IMG/VR virus record: IMGVR_UViG_3300032247_000928
Coordinates: 15,904 to 79,903 of that record
Direction: 5' to 3' (one strand)
Length of the DNA stretch: 64,000 bases
Origin: a virus
Taxonomy: Duplodnaviria; Caudoviricetes
Shown piece after piece: positions 49,826 through 57,220 of the stretch. A model generated the notes under the pieces. The model searched no databases, was not told the DNA's origin, and saw only the letters and a list, made by a program, of their open reading frames with translations. A program made the position numbers and the translations under genes. The first letter of the stretch is position 1. Each line of letters begins with the position of its first letter.

Positions 49826-50565
49826 AAGAAAAGCCAATAACGGTTTACCTAGCAACTGGAGTTAATACAGAGTTTCATGGAACTGACTGGTCTTTTTTGT
49901 ATCCAAAACCAAAAATATTATTTTCAAGTCTTTTAGAAAACAAGCACAAAGACAGCAATAGAAATTCATTCATTGGCTGTCCCGCTCTTTCTGGTTTTAG
50001 CAAAAAAACTTTAGAGTATTACTCTCCAATGTCATGCTCATACGAGTATGACTTTAATGATAAAGAAAAAGACTTTTATCCAATCAGCGAAAACTTCATT
50101 GCTACAGGAACTAATACCGTTCCAGCGTTATCACTAGGCAATAGCATTATCTTTGAATTAAAACATTATGTATTTGCAGATCAGCCTTTGAATGCTTTTT
50201 TTACTTCCCCCCATTTTACGCAAAGTAAATATACCAGATATGGATCAGTTGTTCCAGGAAAGTTTGATGTTGGGCGATGGTTTAGACCTTTTAACTTTGA
50301 AGTGCAGATGTGGAATCAGAAGGGTGAGTTCCATCTTGAAGAGGGAGAGCCTATTTTTTATGTTCATTTTGAAACAGATAGACCTATTGAGTTTAAGAGG
50401 TTTAACCTTAACCCCAAGTTGGCTTTAATGGCTAAGGCTTGCATTGATAGCCCCAATCTTTTTGGAAGAGGTCAATCCCTTAAGCAAAGATATAATCGTT
50501 TTATAAATGTTGGAATGCAGGAAAGAGTACTTAATGAGATTAAAAAAAATATTATTGAAGAATAA
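49822..50565 (+). CDS. distant DUF6065-like protein
   Basis: GCPA...VVPGKFDVGRWFRPFNFE...EGEPIFYVHF. Confidence 0.5.
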   Translation: MKEKPITVYLATGVNTEFHGTDWSFLYPKPKILFSSLLENKHKDSNRNSFIGCPALSGFSKKTLEYYSPMSCSYEYDFNDKEKDFYPISENFIATGTNTVPALSLGNSIIFELKHYVFADQPLNAFFTSPHFTQSKYTRYGSVVPGKFDVGRWFRPFNFEVQMWNQKGEFHLEEGEPIFYVHFETDRPIEFKRFNLNPKLALMAKACIDSPNLFGRGQSLKQRYNRFINVGMQERVLNEIKKNIIEE

Positions 50566-50668
50566 CAAAATCTGAAAAATTATATAAAATCATTTTTCAT
50601 AAAATCTGAATATTTTTCTAAGATGTACGATACATAAAAATAAAATAAAAATACAAAAAAGATAGTGA

Positions 50669-50692
50669 GCACACAAGCGTGATCATGTGTGC
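50669..50692 (-). terminator. terminator of the leftward mini-operon
   Basis: GCACACA-N10-TGTGTGC stem followed by a T-run on the minus strand. Confidence 0.55.
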
Positions 50693-50702
50693 CCATCTAC
50701 TC

Positions 50703-50876
50703 TTAGTTAACGCCCTGTAGGTAACCGTCAATCCCTAGTAGGTCGCAAGTAATCTTAACACGCTGATTCTTTAGTAGTGTGCTTTTGTATAGGTCAATGA
50801 AATCATATACCTCTTGCTTTGTCATGAGGTTAATGTCTCTTGTGTTACCTTGCATAGATGTGATTGTTACTTTCAT
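50703..50876 (-). CDS. 57-aa hypothetical protein, paralogue of 52813
   Basis: MKVTITSMQGN...VKITCDLLGIDGYLQG; SD GGGG; start moved. Confidence 0.7.
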   Translation of the reverse strand: MKVTITSMQGNTRDINLMTKQEVYDFIDLYKSTLLKNQRVKITCDLLGIDGYLQGVN

Positions 50877-50886
50877 TTTATTCCCC

Positions 50887-51045
50887 TTACTTTGAGCAAC
50901 GATAAATGTGGCGCACAGTTGTATGCCCTGTAACATGGTTAGTGTGGTAGACATAATATAGACCACAGGTTTTAGCGTTAGCACCAGGTGTGATAATCGC
51001 TAGTGGCAATAGTGATAGGGTTAGTGTTAATATAATCTTATTCAT
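50887..51045 (-). CDS. 52-aa secreted peptide precursor
   Basis: Hand translation MNKIILTLTLSLLPLAIITPGANA-KTCGLYYVYHTNHVTGHTTVRHIYRCSK; SD GGAG; not in the track. Confidence 0.7.
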   Translation of the reverse strand: MNKIILTLTLSLLPLAIITPGANAKTCGLYYVYHTNHVTGHTTVRHIYRCSK

Positions 51046-51147
51046 TTATTTCTCCTTAGTGCATTGACATGGGGCTATTGTAATTGTAGTACCGTCGTAC
51101 TTAACGATACCTAGCGTATTGCATGAGTCGCATAGAAAGATATTCAT
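51046..51147 (-). CDS. 33-aa zinc-knuckle mini-protein
   Basis: MNIFLCDSCNTLGIVKYDGTTITIAPCQCTKEK; TGATG-coupled to the upstream gene. Confidence 0.6.
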   Translation of the reverse strand: MNIFLCDSCNTLGIVKYDGTTITIAPCQCTKEK

Positions 51148-51314
51148 CAGAGTGACACTCTCCACTCTGACCACATAGAGAGGCGGTCTCCGTCTGAGTC
51201 AATATACCAACGCTCTATGTTATTCTCACACTCTGTGCAGAATGTGTACTGAGTATCCGCTACCTCTGAGATAGCACTCATGTAGGGGATATGTGTATGT
51301 GTTAATGTAGTCAT
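51147..51314 (-). CDS. small CxxC protein
   Basis: MTTLTHTH...FCTECEN; SD GAAAGGTGG. Confidence 0.65.
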   Translation of the reverse strand: MTTLTHTHIPYMSAISEVADTQYTFCTECENNIERWYIDSDGDRLSMWSEWRVSL

Positions 51315-51363
51315 TGTGTGACCACCTTTCTTTATTGACACTGTGTCAATTTCTTATAAGAGA

Positions 51364-51392
51364 ATAATAACATATACCGCCCCAAAAAGCAA
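51364..51392 (-). promoter_or_regulatory. sigma-A-type promoter of the leftward mini-operon
   Basis: TTGCTT-17-TATTAT with TG extension. Confidence 0.55.
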
Positions 51393-51453
51393 GTATAGAC
51401 ACGGACAAATCGGACATGATTGGTGTGGTATTCGTCACATTTTTCCGGGCCCC

Positions 51454-51474
51454 TGTGGATAACTATGTGGATAA
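51454..51474. promoter_or_regulatory. DnaA-box pair
   Basis: TGTGGATAA-cta-TGTGGATAA (two perfect boxes). Confidence 0.7.
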
Positions 51475-51556
51475 GTAATGTGGTGTATATCACATATCCC
51501 ATATGTCCGATTTGATATATCTTGTGGTGATAATCTACTTAACATAATATATGTAG

Positions 51557-51579
51557 ATGTCAGACCCCCCTGCTATAAT
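51557..51579 (+). promoter_or_regulatory. RecA-NDp-like promoter
   Basis: ATGTCAGAC-8-TATAAT, then SD GAAAGGAG and ATG 51615. Confidence 0.7.
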
Positions 51580-51614
51580 TCTAGTATAAAGAAAAATAAA
51601 GAAAGGAGTTCCAA

Positions 51615-51755
51615 ATGAACTCACTATATGAAAATAGAAACTCACTAGAAACCTATGAACAGGTTCGTGAAAGACTCGCAGAAAGTATCTGCGATGAATG
51701 TCAGTACGCTTGCTTCGTACACAAGAGCGATTGCTCTAAGAAAGGTCGTAAATAA
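51615..51755 (+). CDS. 46-aa Cys/His protein
   Basis: MNSLYENR...CDECQYACFVHKSDC; strong SD; not in the track. Confidence 0.7.
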   Translation: MNSLYENRNSLETYEQVRERLAESICDECQYACFVHKSDCSKKGRK

Positions 51756-51756
51756 T

Positions 51757-51930
51757 ATGACAACTAATTCAATGTTAAATCCAGCGGATAGCCTAACACC
51801 TATCCTACACTTTCCTAATCGTGTTACCTATCGTTGCTACTACTGTAACGAAAGCGTATACTTTCATAAAGGTCTAAATCGTTGGGCTACTAACGATACA
51901 CTTGATATTCGCTGTAAGGAGGCTAAATAA
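51757..51930 (+). CDS. small CxxC protein
   Basis: MTTNSML...CYYC...C; start moved to the ATG after the upstream stop. Confidence 0.6.
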   Translation: MTTNSMLNPADSLTPILHFPNRVTYRCYYCNESVYFHKGLNRWATNDTLDIRCKEAK

Positions 51931-52085
51931 TGTCATACATGAAACAACTAATTGACACAGTTCTTAACTGTGAAATCTGCGGAGGTGAGGGAATTACTGA
52001 CGCATGGGTTTCACAAGATGGAGACTTTGACTTTGAGTGGTGCGATTGCAACCCTCATCATATAAGCATGGAGGTGTTTGCGTAA
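51930..52085 (+). CDS. 51-aa zinc-finger mini-protein
   Basis: CEICGGEG...WCDC; TAATG-coupled at both ends. Confidence 0.7.
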   Translation: MSYMKQLIDTVLNCEICGGEGITDAWVSQDGDFDFEWCDCNPHHISMEVFA

Positions 52086-52255
52086 TGACATACATGGAAT
52101 TACTTCAAGAGGTAAAAGCAATATCCGCAGAAATTCGTGGAGATAAAGATAGCGGAAACGCTTACTTACTTGGTTACTTGTGGGCTTCACTCACAAACGA
52201 ACAACAGATTGAAACAGCAGAATCGTTTCGTAAATATTTAGAGGAGGATAAATGA
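52085..52255 (+). CDS. hypothetical protein
   Basis: MTYMELLQEVK...; SD GGAGG. Confidence 0.7.
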   Translation: MTYMELLQEVKAISAEIRGDKDSGNAYLLGYLWASLTNEQQIETAESFRKYLEEDK

Positions 52256-52341
52256 AACACTTTTTAGAAACAGGTAATGCACTTTTCTTTTTCTCATTTT
52301 TTATTTTAATTTATTCTGCATGGTTACACTTGACAGAATGA
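52252..52341 (+). CDS. 29-aa single-TM peptide
   Basis: MKHFLETGNALFFFSFFILIYSAWLHLTE; SD GAGGAGG. Confidence 0.55.
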   Translation: MKHFLETGNALFFFSFFILIYSAWLHLTE

Positions 52342-52359
52342 TCTAAAAATTCCGGGCCG

Positions 52360-52380
52360 TTTTCCACAGGCTGTGGATAA
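52360..52380. promoter_or_regulatory. DnaA-box pair (inverted)
   Basis: TTTTCCACA-ggc-TGTGGATAA. Confidence 0.7.
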
Positions 52381-52421
52381 CTTATGTGATTAGAAACACA
52401 TTTAAGTTACGGCGTGTCGCC

Positions 52422-52450
52422 TTGACTTTTTGGGTATGCCATGCTAAGAT
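52422..52450 (+). promoter_or_regulatory. sigma-A-type promoter preceded by GGCGTGTCGC
   Basis: TTGACT-17-TAAGAT. Confidence 0.55.
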
Positions 52451-52537
52451 TCTCTTTATACAATTAAATAAACTAGCAAAACAATGTGACCAACCTCACA
52501 TTTAATTTGTCTGATATGTCCGAATTTAGATTTGTAT

Positions 52538-52560
52538 TTGTCAGCCAAAAATGCTAGACT
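52538..52560 (+). promoter_or_regulatory. RecA-NDp-like promoter
   Basis: TTGTCAGCC-8-TAGACT; also TTGTAT-17-TAGACT. Confidence 0.7.
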
Positions 52561-52595
52561 TGCCATATCAAGAAAAAAGAAAAGAAGGTGACACC

Positions 52596-52811
52596 ATGTC
52601 AGCAAACATCTACACAATATCCAACCTACTTGTAGGAAAACAATACATCTCCAAAACAATGCGTGGAGAAATCATAAGTGCAGAGCCACACCCACAACCA
52701 ATTTGGTACGATGGGTGCGAAACTTATCTCGTAGAAATTGCACCAAATAGCGGTAGCAATACTTGGGGTCGCAAGACTTTCCGCACAGTTGCAGTAAGAA
52801 AGGAAAACTAA
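52596..52811 (+). CDS. small beta-barrel-like hypothetical protein
   Basis: MSANIY...; SD GAAGGTG; start moved. Confidence 0.7.
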   Translation: MSANIYTISNLLVGKQYISKTMRGEIISAEPHPQPIWYDGCETYLVEIAPNSGSNTWGRKTFRTVAVRKEN

Positions 52812-52812
52812 T

Positions 52813-52995
52813 ATGTATAAATTAACACTAGAAACTTTTAATGGTACAGTAAAAACCATTTCCCTACCATCTAAGGGTGCAGTTGCACAATTCGTAACTT
52901 CATACCCTGACACTTTGCCAGTTGGCGTATCAGTAAAAATTGCATGTGACGCACTCGGCGTTCGTGGCACACTTCGTGGAAAGGCTTCTCTCTAA
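52813..52995 (+). CDS. hypothetical protein, paralogue of 50703
   Basis: KLTLETFNG...VKIACDALGVRGTLRG. Confidence 0.7.
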   Translation: MYKLTLETFNGTVKTISLPSKGAVAQFVTSYPDTLPVGVSVKIACDALGVRGTLRGKASL

Positions 52996-53201
52996 TGGTA
53001 CTAATTGAACACAATCTTCGTTTCGTTACAGAATTAGACGAAACAAATCCAACCGCTATTCGTTTGCTCAATCTTGAAAAAGAAATGCAAATTGAAATGC
53101 TTGAAGGCTTGCTAAAAGAAGTTCTTGCACCTATGATTCAGCCTGCGTTAGATGAAGTTAATGAAGGCAATTCATGGGCAGTTCTAAAGGTGGCAGACTA
53201 A
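52995..53201 (+). CDS. hypothetical protein
   Basis: Coupled ORF, 68 aa. Confidence 0.7.
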   Translation: MVLIEHNLRFVTELDETNPTAIRLLNLEKEMQIEMLEGLLKEVLAPMIQPALDEVNEGNSWAVLKVAD

Positions 53202-53377
53202 TGATGACACGCAAGGACTATGTAAAAGTTTCAGAAATTCTTGCAGGTTATCATCAAGCCATGATTGACAATTTCTGGTGGGAAGATTTGGTAAATGATT
53301 TCGCTCTAATGTTTGAGCAAGACAATCCAAATTTTAGTCGTCAAAAATTTACAGAAGCCTGCGAAGCGGGAATGTAA
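53201..53377 (+). CDS. conserved small phage protein
   Basis: MMTRKDY...DNPNFSRQKFTEAC; coupled. Confidence 0.7.
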   Translation: MMTRKDYVKVSEILAGYHQAMIDNFWWEDLVNDFALMFEQDNPNFSRQKFTEACEAGM

Positions 53378-53382
53378 AAATA

Positions 53383-53411
53383 AGATCCTGAGCATGATTT
53401 AAAACTGCTTA
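53383..53411 (+). ncRNA. H-type pseudoknot element (copy 1)
   Basis: AGATC-C-TGAGCA-T-GATTT-AAAAC-TGCTTA, 5 nt after a stop codon. Confidence 0.65.
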
Positions 53412-53436
53412 AAGTTTCAACTAAATTTCCGGGGCG

Positions 53437-53457
53437 TTTTCCACAGGTTTATCCACA
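53437..53457. promoter_or_regulatory. DnaA-box pair
   Basis: TTTTCCACA-ggt-TTATCCACA. Confidence 0.7.
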
Positions 53458-53511
53458 AGCTTTACGTTGTGAGATTTATCACATGCGATCTTGCCCGTTT
53501 AAGATTTGTAT

Positions 53512-53534
53512 TTGTCACCCTGAGATGATAGGAT
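53512..53534 (+). promoter_or_regulatory. RecA-NDp-like promoter
   Basis: TTGTCACCC-8-TAGGAT. Confidence 0.6.
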
Positions 53535-53565
53535 ATTTATATCAACTTAAAGAAAGAAGGCTCAC

Positions 53566-53715
53566 ATGACCGCTTATGTATGTATGCAGTGTAATGAAAA
53601 TGCAGTAGATGTAACTGAACTCTATTGCTTCCGTTGCTACCTTGACCGAGAGGTAGAGGCGATGATAGAATATGACCTTATTGACCAACTATTCGTAACG
53701 AAAGAGGCTAACTAA
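53566..53715 (+). CDS. 49-aa zinc-finger mini-protein
   Basis: CMQC...CFRC; SD GAAGG; not in the track. Confidence 0.7.
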   Translation: MTAYVCMQCNENAVDVTELYCFRCYLDREVEAMIEYDLIDQLFVTKEAN

Positions 53716-53930
53716 TGGAATACCTATACTCAGTATCTTGCACCTATGACGGAGATAAGTCTCCACACTGGGTTGGTCGCTATGATAATGCGATTGACGC
53801 AGTTAATTCTTGGAATAAGTTTATTGACTGGGGCATGGCATTAGAATATGCTACAGTTAATTTCTCAGAGCCTAATGGCAAAATGCACACAAAGATATTC
53901 TATCGTAATGGAAATGTAGGGGGTAAGTAA
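53715..53930 (+). CDS. hypothetical protein
   Basis: Coupled, 71 aa. Confidence 0.7.
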   Translation: MEYLYSVSCTYDGDKSPHWVGRYDNAIDAVNSWNKFIDWGMALEYATVNFSEPNGKMHTKIFYRNGNVGGK

Positions 53931-54028
53931 TGTCAAAAGTAATGTTATGGTTCAACGATGAAGTTAATGAAGCGTTAGACTACGCTAATGAAATGGAACT
54001 AATGGGATTAGATAAGGAGAATAAATAA
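53930..54028 (+). CDS. 32-aa acidic peptide
   Basis: TAATG-coupled at both ends. Confidence 0.5.
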   Translation: MSKVMLWFNDEVNEALDYANEMELMGLDKENK

Positions 54029-54363
54029 TGGGTTCAGTTACAGCGTTGGGAATTAAAGAAATGGTACTTGACTTGGAGACTCAGATTCTCTATCACCTTA
54101 AGGCTAATCACTATCCACCTGTACCCGCAGAAATGGTAACTGCGTGTATTGATGCGATTGATGCCTTCTATGATGAGGACTATGACCGCATGATTGATAT
54201 GCCAAAGGTTGGTGACTTTCAGATTACCTATCGTGGCTCAACACAAGCACCTGCACACGCTATCGTAGACCAACACCACCTTGATGTATTTATTGATTCT
54301 GTTGATGACTGGCAAGATGGGTCAGATGACTTTCCACTCTCACTAGAATATGATGAGGAGTAA
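54028..54363 (+). CDS. hypothetical protein
   Basis: ILYHLKANHYPPVP...AIVDQHHLDVF; SD AAGGAG. Confidence 0.75.
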   Translation: MGSVTALGIKEMVLDLETQILYHLKANHYPPVPAEMVTACIDAIDAFYDEDYDRMIDMPKVGDFQITYRGSTQAPAHAIVDQHHLDVFIDSVDDWQDGSDDFPLSLEYDEE

Positions 54364-54366
54364 TAA

Positions 54367-54606
54367 ATGCCTGCTACAATAAACAACATGGAACTCGTAT
54401 GGGCAGATAAGTTAACACCAGACTCATTGATGGTTGATGATCTGATAAAAATTGATGGAGATTTAATTGAAATCATTAATATCAGTTCTGATGGCACGGG
54501 CGATAACTATTTTATTGACTGTGTTGATGTGTATGGTGAGCCAGATACAATTACACTTGCGTATGATAAATATGTTGATTTATATGTGTATGTAGACAAA
54601 GACTAA
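54367..54606 (+). CDS. small OB/SH3-like hypothetical protein
   Basis: 79 aa; SD GAGGAG. Confidence 0.65.
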   Translation: MPATINNMELVWADKLTPDSLMVDDLIKIDGDLIEIINISSDGTGDNYFIDCVDVYGEPDTITLAYDKYVDLYVYVDKD

Positions 54607-54686
54607 TAAAAATCCCGGGGCAAAATGTCCGATTTACCCTTTTACGTTAAGTTGCATTTTTGCCTTAACTTTGCTAATATTATTAT

Positions 54687-54827
54687 ATGAAAAAGACACC
54701 TGAAGAGTTACGTAAACTTATGGAGTTACGTCGTTCTAATGCAGCGTCTGCGATCCCAAATAAAAAAAAGTACAATAGGAAAAAATGTCAGTCCCTATTG
54801 CTACAATTAAAGAAAGAAAGCGAGTAA
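54687..54827 (+). CDS. 46-aa basic peptide (leaderless)
   Basis: MKKTPEELRKLMELRRSNAASAIPNKKKYNRKK...; 6 nt after TTGCAT-17-TAATAT. Confidence 0.6.
   Translation: MKKTPEELRKLMELRRSNAASAIPNKKKYNRKKCQSLLLQLKKESE
54785..54807 (+). promoter_or_regulatory. RecA-NDp-like promoter
   Basis: ATGTCAGTC-8-TACAAT. Confidence 0.65.
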
Positions 54828-54833
54828 CCCACC

Positions 54834-55556
54834 ATGTCAAAATTACTTCGTTCAAAAGATAGGAAAGTTGCTAATGCAGTTACACCAAATGGAAAGCAAG
54901 CAAGTATCGCCAACACATTCGGACTACCAGCAGGCAAGGCTTATTCATGTCCTGGAGCGACTAGCGTATGCGAGACTGTTTGCTACGCTGGCAAGCTTGA
55001 AAAGATATTCCCAACCGTAAAAGTTAACTTACTTCATAACTGGGAACTATTGAAAGACGCAGACTATGAAACTATGGTCTCACTTCTTAATGAAATGATA
55101 ATGGACTTCAAGAAAGACTGTATCAAGAAAGACGCACCTAAACTATTCCGCATTCACTGGGACGGCGACTTCTTTAATGATACATATGCATATGCATGGA
55201 AGCAAATTATCATGAACCATAGTGATATTCAATTCTGGGTCTATACTAGAGTTAAGTCTGCAGCCCTAATGCTTAATGGCATTGCTAATCTTTCTTTATA
55301 CTATTCTACAGATAGCGAGAATAAAGAAACTGGTATTGAACTTAAAACGGATCATGGAATATCCCTTGCATACCTTGCCAAAAATTTTCAATTAGGACAA
55401 GCAGACATGAAGGAACTTACAGGCAAGCCTGGCGCTAAGTGCCCTGAGAATAAAAAGGCCATTCCGCTTATCTCAAGCAATGGGTCTGCCTGCGCTAGTT
55501 GTAAGTTGTGTATTTATCAGAAATCTGATATAGTATTTAGCGCAACCAAAAAGTAA
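54834..55556 (+). CDS. gp88-like protein (radical-SAM-like Cys motif)
   Basis: FGLPAGKAYSCPGATSVCETVCYA...FRIHWDGDFF...WVYTR; C-terminal C..CxxCxxC. Confidence 0.6.
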   Translation: MSKLLRSKDRKVANAVTPNGKQASIANTFGLPAGKAYSCPGATSVCETVCYAGKLEKIFPTVKVNLLHNWELLKDADYETMVSLLNEMIMDFKKDCIKKDAPKLFRIHWDGDFFNDTYAYAWKQIIMNHSDIQFWVYTRVKSAALMLNGIANLSLYYSTDSENKETGIELKTDHGISLAYLAKNFQLGQADMKELTGKPGAKCPENKKAIPLISSNGSACASCKLCIYQKSDIVFSATKK

Positions 55557-55565
55557 GGGAAACCT

Positions 55566-55634
55566 ATGCTAACAATAACTATACTAACTATCATAGTCGG
55601 AATTGTCCTATTCGCAGGGCTAGGGCATGAGTGA
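55566..55634 (+). CDS. 22-aa single-TM peptide
   Basis: MLTITILTIIVGIVLFAGLGHE; SD AAGGGA. Confidence 0.45.
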   Translation: MLTITILTIIVGIVLFAGLGHE

Positions 55635-55747
55635 CGCAAATCACACAGAAAGGGTCTCAATATATGAGATTTTCTAGGCTAGGAATTGTATTTCCGAGAT
55701 TTTTCGGATATACTAGAAATATCAACAACTACAGAAAAGGAAACAAA

Positions 55748-55909
55748 ATGACAGTAGCAACAGCAACTTACAAGGTCGGCGACCTCTTTACAACACAGAA
55801 GTCAAAGGTCACAGGTCAAATCTTGGAAATCAAGCCAACAGATAAGAACACAGTTCGTGTGAAGTTAGATGTAAATGGCAACACACGCTGGACAACTTGG
55901 AAGGCGTAA
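55748..55909 (+). CDS. small KOW/SH3-like protein
   Basis: YKVGDLFTT..VTGQILEI; promoter TTGTAT-17-TATACT at 55686; start moved. Confidence 0.7.
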   Translation: MTVATATYKVGDLFTTQKSKVTGQILEIKPTDKNTVRVKLDVNGNTRWTTWKA

Positions 55910-55958
55910 GCCTTTCATAGTCGCCAATGTACAGCGACTCTAAATAAGTGGCAGGAAC

Positions 55959-55986
55959 TATCCTGAGCAAGATACAAAAAGGCTCA
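55959..55986 (+). ncRNA. H-type pseudoknot element (copy 2)
   Basis: TATC-C-TGAGCA-A-GATA-CAAAAA-GGCTCA. Confidence 0.55.
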
Positions 55987-55991
55987 CTTTA

Positions 55992-56014
55992 ATGTCAGAC
56001 CAACCCCCTATAAT
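55992..56014 (+). promoter_or_regulatory. RecA-NDp-like promoter
   Basis: ATGTCAGAC-8-TATAAT. Confidence 0.7.
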
Positions 56015-56046
56015 AGAAATATAACCCACAAAAGAAAAGGAACACC

Positions 56047-56463
56047 ATGTCAAGAGCAATAACAGTAAAGGTGGCAACACCAAAAGTAATCAAGGCTTTG
56101 GAAACAAAGTTAGAAACAATCAAGAAAGACAAAGAGAACGAAGCAAGCAACGAAGCAAAGTTCCAAAAACTTAATGAAAAGTGGAAAAAGGAAATTGTTG
56201 CTTTTGCAATCGCAAATATCAAGAAGGCTGAAAATGTACGCAGTAACTATCGTTCTTGGAACAATCAGTTAAACCTTGACTTTGACATTACAGTTTCAGA
56301 ACTGGATATGCCAAAGCAACCTGAGCGTGATTTCACAACTATGCACGACCACACATATCGTGAAATGGTAGAGGAAATTAACAACGCACTTTCTATTCTC
56401 CGCATGACAGATGAGGAAACAGTTAATGCTTCTACAATGAAGCAAATTGCTCGTTATCTCTAA
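56047..56463 (+). CDS. hypothetical protein
   Basis: 138 aa; SD AAAGGA. Confidence 0.8.
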   Translation: MSRAITVKVATPKVIKALETKLETIKKDKENEASNEAKFQKLNEKWKKEIVAFAIANIKKAENVRSNYRSWNNQLNLDFDITVSELDMPKQPERDFTTMHDHTYREMVEEINNALSILRMTDEETVNASTMKQIARYL

Positions 56464-56569
56464 ATGAGGTTGGGTGGGGTGTAAAAGCCCCACTCCAATT
56501 CGCCAGGCTGATTAGGGCGATCACAGAAATACTATAGAGCAAGGTTACTGCCGACCTAAAGACGCAGAC

Positions 56570-56596
56570 CACCTGAGTAAGTGCCAAAACTGCTCA
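56570..56596 (+). ncRNA. H-type pseudoknot element (copy 3)
   Basis: CAC-C-TGAGTA-A-GTG-CCAAAAC-TGCTCA. Confidence 0.55.
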
Positions 56597-56705
56597 CCAA
56601 TATTTATTCAAGTGACTGCATAAATATGCGGGGGCCGGAAAAATGTGATGAGCATCACCTATATTAAGTCTCACTATTTAAGATTCATGGGTTTACGGTT
56701 GACAG

Positions 56706-56728
56706 TTGTCGGTACCCGCTGCTAGACT
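56706..56728 (+). promoter_or_regulatory. RecA-NDp-like promoter
   Basis: TTGTCGGTA-8-TAGACT. Confidence 0.72.
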
Positions 56729-56756
56729 TATAATAACAACAACAGAAAGAGGCCCC

Positions 56757-57197
56757 ATGGACCAAACAGTAAACTATGAAACAGAAATATTTCTTCGTGA
56801 TTCATTGGCAAAGTCATCTCTCAAGATAAGTGAACTTGAAGTTGACCTTGAAACAGTAAAAAAATTCAAAGAAGATTTAATCATCCAAAGCAACACATTG
56901 CACCGTAAGCATACTAACCTGCAGGATTCTCTTAAAGAGTGGACACGTGCAGAGTTAGCAAATGAAGATATCACAATTGAGCAAGCACAAGCGCTTGCAG
57001 AAATTGGTGAATTCACACTAACAAAATCATATGACGTAACAGTTGTAGTAGAGCACTCATTCACCGTTGAACTTGAAGCAAGCGATGACATTGATGACGT
57101 CCTTGGTACCCTTGATTTCAGTGTTGACTCTTATCACACAACAATTGATAACGTTGACTATTCAATTGTTGAAACTAACTATGATGAAACAAATTAA
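56757..57197 (+). CDS. coiled-coil hypothetical protein
   Basis: MDQTVNY...; SD AGAGG; start moved. Confidence 0.75.
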   Translation: MDQTVNYETEIFLRDSLAKSSLKISELEVDLETVKKFKEDLIIQSNTLHRKHTNLQDSLKEWTRAELANEDITIEQAQALAEIGEFTLTKSYDVTVVVEHSFTVELEASDDIDDVLGTLDFSVDSYHTTIDNVDYSIVETNYDETN

Positions 57198-57220
57198 TAT
57201 TTCATAGGGGGCTATGAAAC

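Noticed and set aside
56499-56570. Pistol ribozyme (TTAGGG loop, AAATA linker, CCTAA)
   Set aside because: Only partial resemblance; I could not build the P2/P3 stems and cleavage-site context by eye, so it is kept only as an unspecified structured RNA
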